A stretch of DNA of 64,000 nucleotides from Okamejei kenojei (taxonomy: Eukaryota): positions 26,350,001 through 26,414,000 of the forward strand of contig CM069165.1 of the NCBI GenBank assembly GCA_035221665.1. The letters run 5' to 3'. The notes under the pieces are model-generated. The model did no database searches. It was not told the DNA's origin and worked only from the letters and a program-made list of their open reading frames with translations. Below, piece after piece: positions 62,744 through 64,000 of this stretch. Each line of letters begins with the position of its first letter. The first letter of the stretch is position 1. The position numbers and the translations under genes were made by a program.

Positions 62744-64000
62744 GCCTCTGTTTACCATCTTGACGATCTTCTGCTCCTCCCATCCGTAGGTTTTCCATCT
62801 ATCTCTTTTATCTCGTTCACTCTCGTGCTATGTTCTCTCCACCTCCTCTCTCTGGAACTGAAACACTCTTGTCTTGATGAAGAGCCGTTGTCCCCAAATG
62901 TTGCCTCTCCAATGATGCTGCTTGACCTGCTGAGTGCTTAGAGCATTCTTTTTGATATATTTTGAATGCTTTGATTATCCAGTTCCAATGGCCTAACGAA
63001 CAATACATTCCTGACCATCTCAGCTCTCTGTCTATAAAAAGTTGGGGCATTAGGCTAAAGCAAATTATTTTGTTTTTACCAAAGACTAAAAAGGATATTA
63101 AAGTAATCCATGAACTTCCGGGCACCACTTGGGCAGGGATAGTTGGGGCACCACAGATCTCACGCACTTGACCACCACGCACGATGCTCCAGTTTGTTTA
63201 GTGAATCACGATACAAAACCGTTGACATGTAGCTGAGCTTGTCCAAGTGGACAGACAGCAGAGGGTTGAAGTTGACCCAACTTCCTTGAAAATTCACTTC
63301 AAATTGCAAGATTCAAGAGAGTTTATTGTCGTGTGTCCCAGATAGGACAATGACATTCTTGCTTTGCTTCAGCACAACAGAATATGGTAGGCATGAATAC
63401 AGAACAGATCAGTGTGTCCATATACCATTGTATAAATATAAACGCACATGAATAAATAAAACAGATAAAGTGCAAAGAAACTGATAATGGGCTATTAATG
63501 TTCAGAGTTTTGAACTTATGACCATTGTGCGCTTGAACCACAATCCACAACTCCAACCTCAGCAACTCTAAACACCAATGCATCGTGTCTCTGTTGCTCA
63601 ACACTCTTTGTTTTTGGACTTGTGTGATTATTGTAAGTTTGATGGTTACTAATTTATTGCATGTCTGGTTGTTATATATGAGCTGCGTGTATTGCGTTTA
63701 CAGGTCGGCTAAACTGACGCAAGTAGGAATTGTTCCATTGTTGGTCATTCATGACAGTTGAAGACTCTTGACTCTGTTGGCATTTGACCCCAGCTCGATG
63801 GCTCCCGGCCGGTCCTGACAAATATCACACTCGTCAAAGGAGTTGTGTAACTGTCAGTGACCCACACTCGTCCATCCAATATGACCCCTCTGAACATCAA
63901 GCTCTCCTTGTCCCCTTTGACCAATGGTTTCATGGAATTGTTGTGGAGAATATACCCGGCATTGCTGCAGTGGCTCTCCATTCCTAAGGAATGTTTTCTG

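Overview
Vertebrate genomic DNA, almost certainly a cartilaginous fish (HE1-type V-SINEs, HER1/CR1 LINE fragments and Penelope tails; skate/ray is my inference). Two housekeeping genes lie head-to-head. PARG is on the minus strand: six coding exons match human exons 3-8, there is a candidate upstream exon and a CpG-island promoter at ~39.3-39.95 kb, and the gene runs off the left edge. RPS24 is on the plus strand (42.3-49.4 kb) and keeps the vertebrate 3' microexon cassette (3-nt AAG exon, 20-nt AAATGA exon, candidate stop exon). The rest is intronic or intergenic and rich in repeats. Main finding: two different ~150-190 nt TSD-flanked retroposons (57923-58111 and 56380-56837, both minus strand) begin exactly at G1 of an HDV/CPEB3-like self-cleaving ribozyme fold and share a CGCAAGAAG 3' end. 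One fold is intact; the other is split by a Harbinger MITE. Also present: hammerhead-like cores in Penelope tails, 12-bp and 26-bp hAT-like remnants with 8-bp TSDs, several local duplications, and probable homopolymer assembly errors in both genes. Everything was read by eye; no database search or folding program was run.
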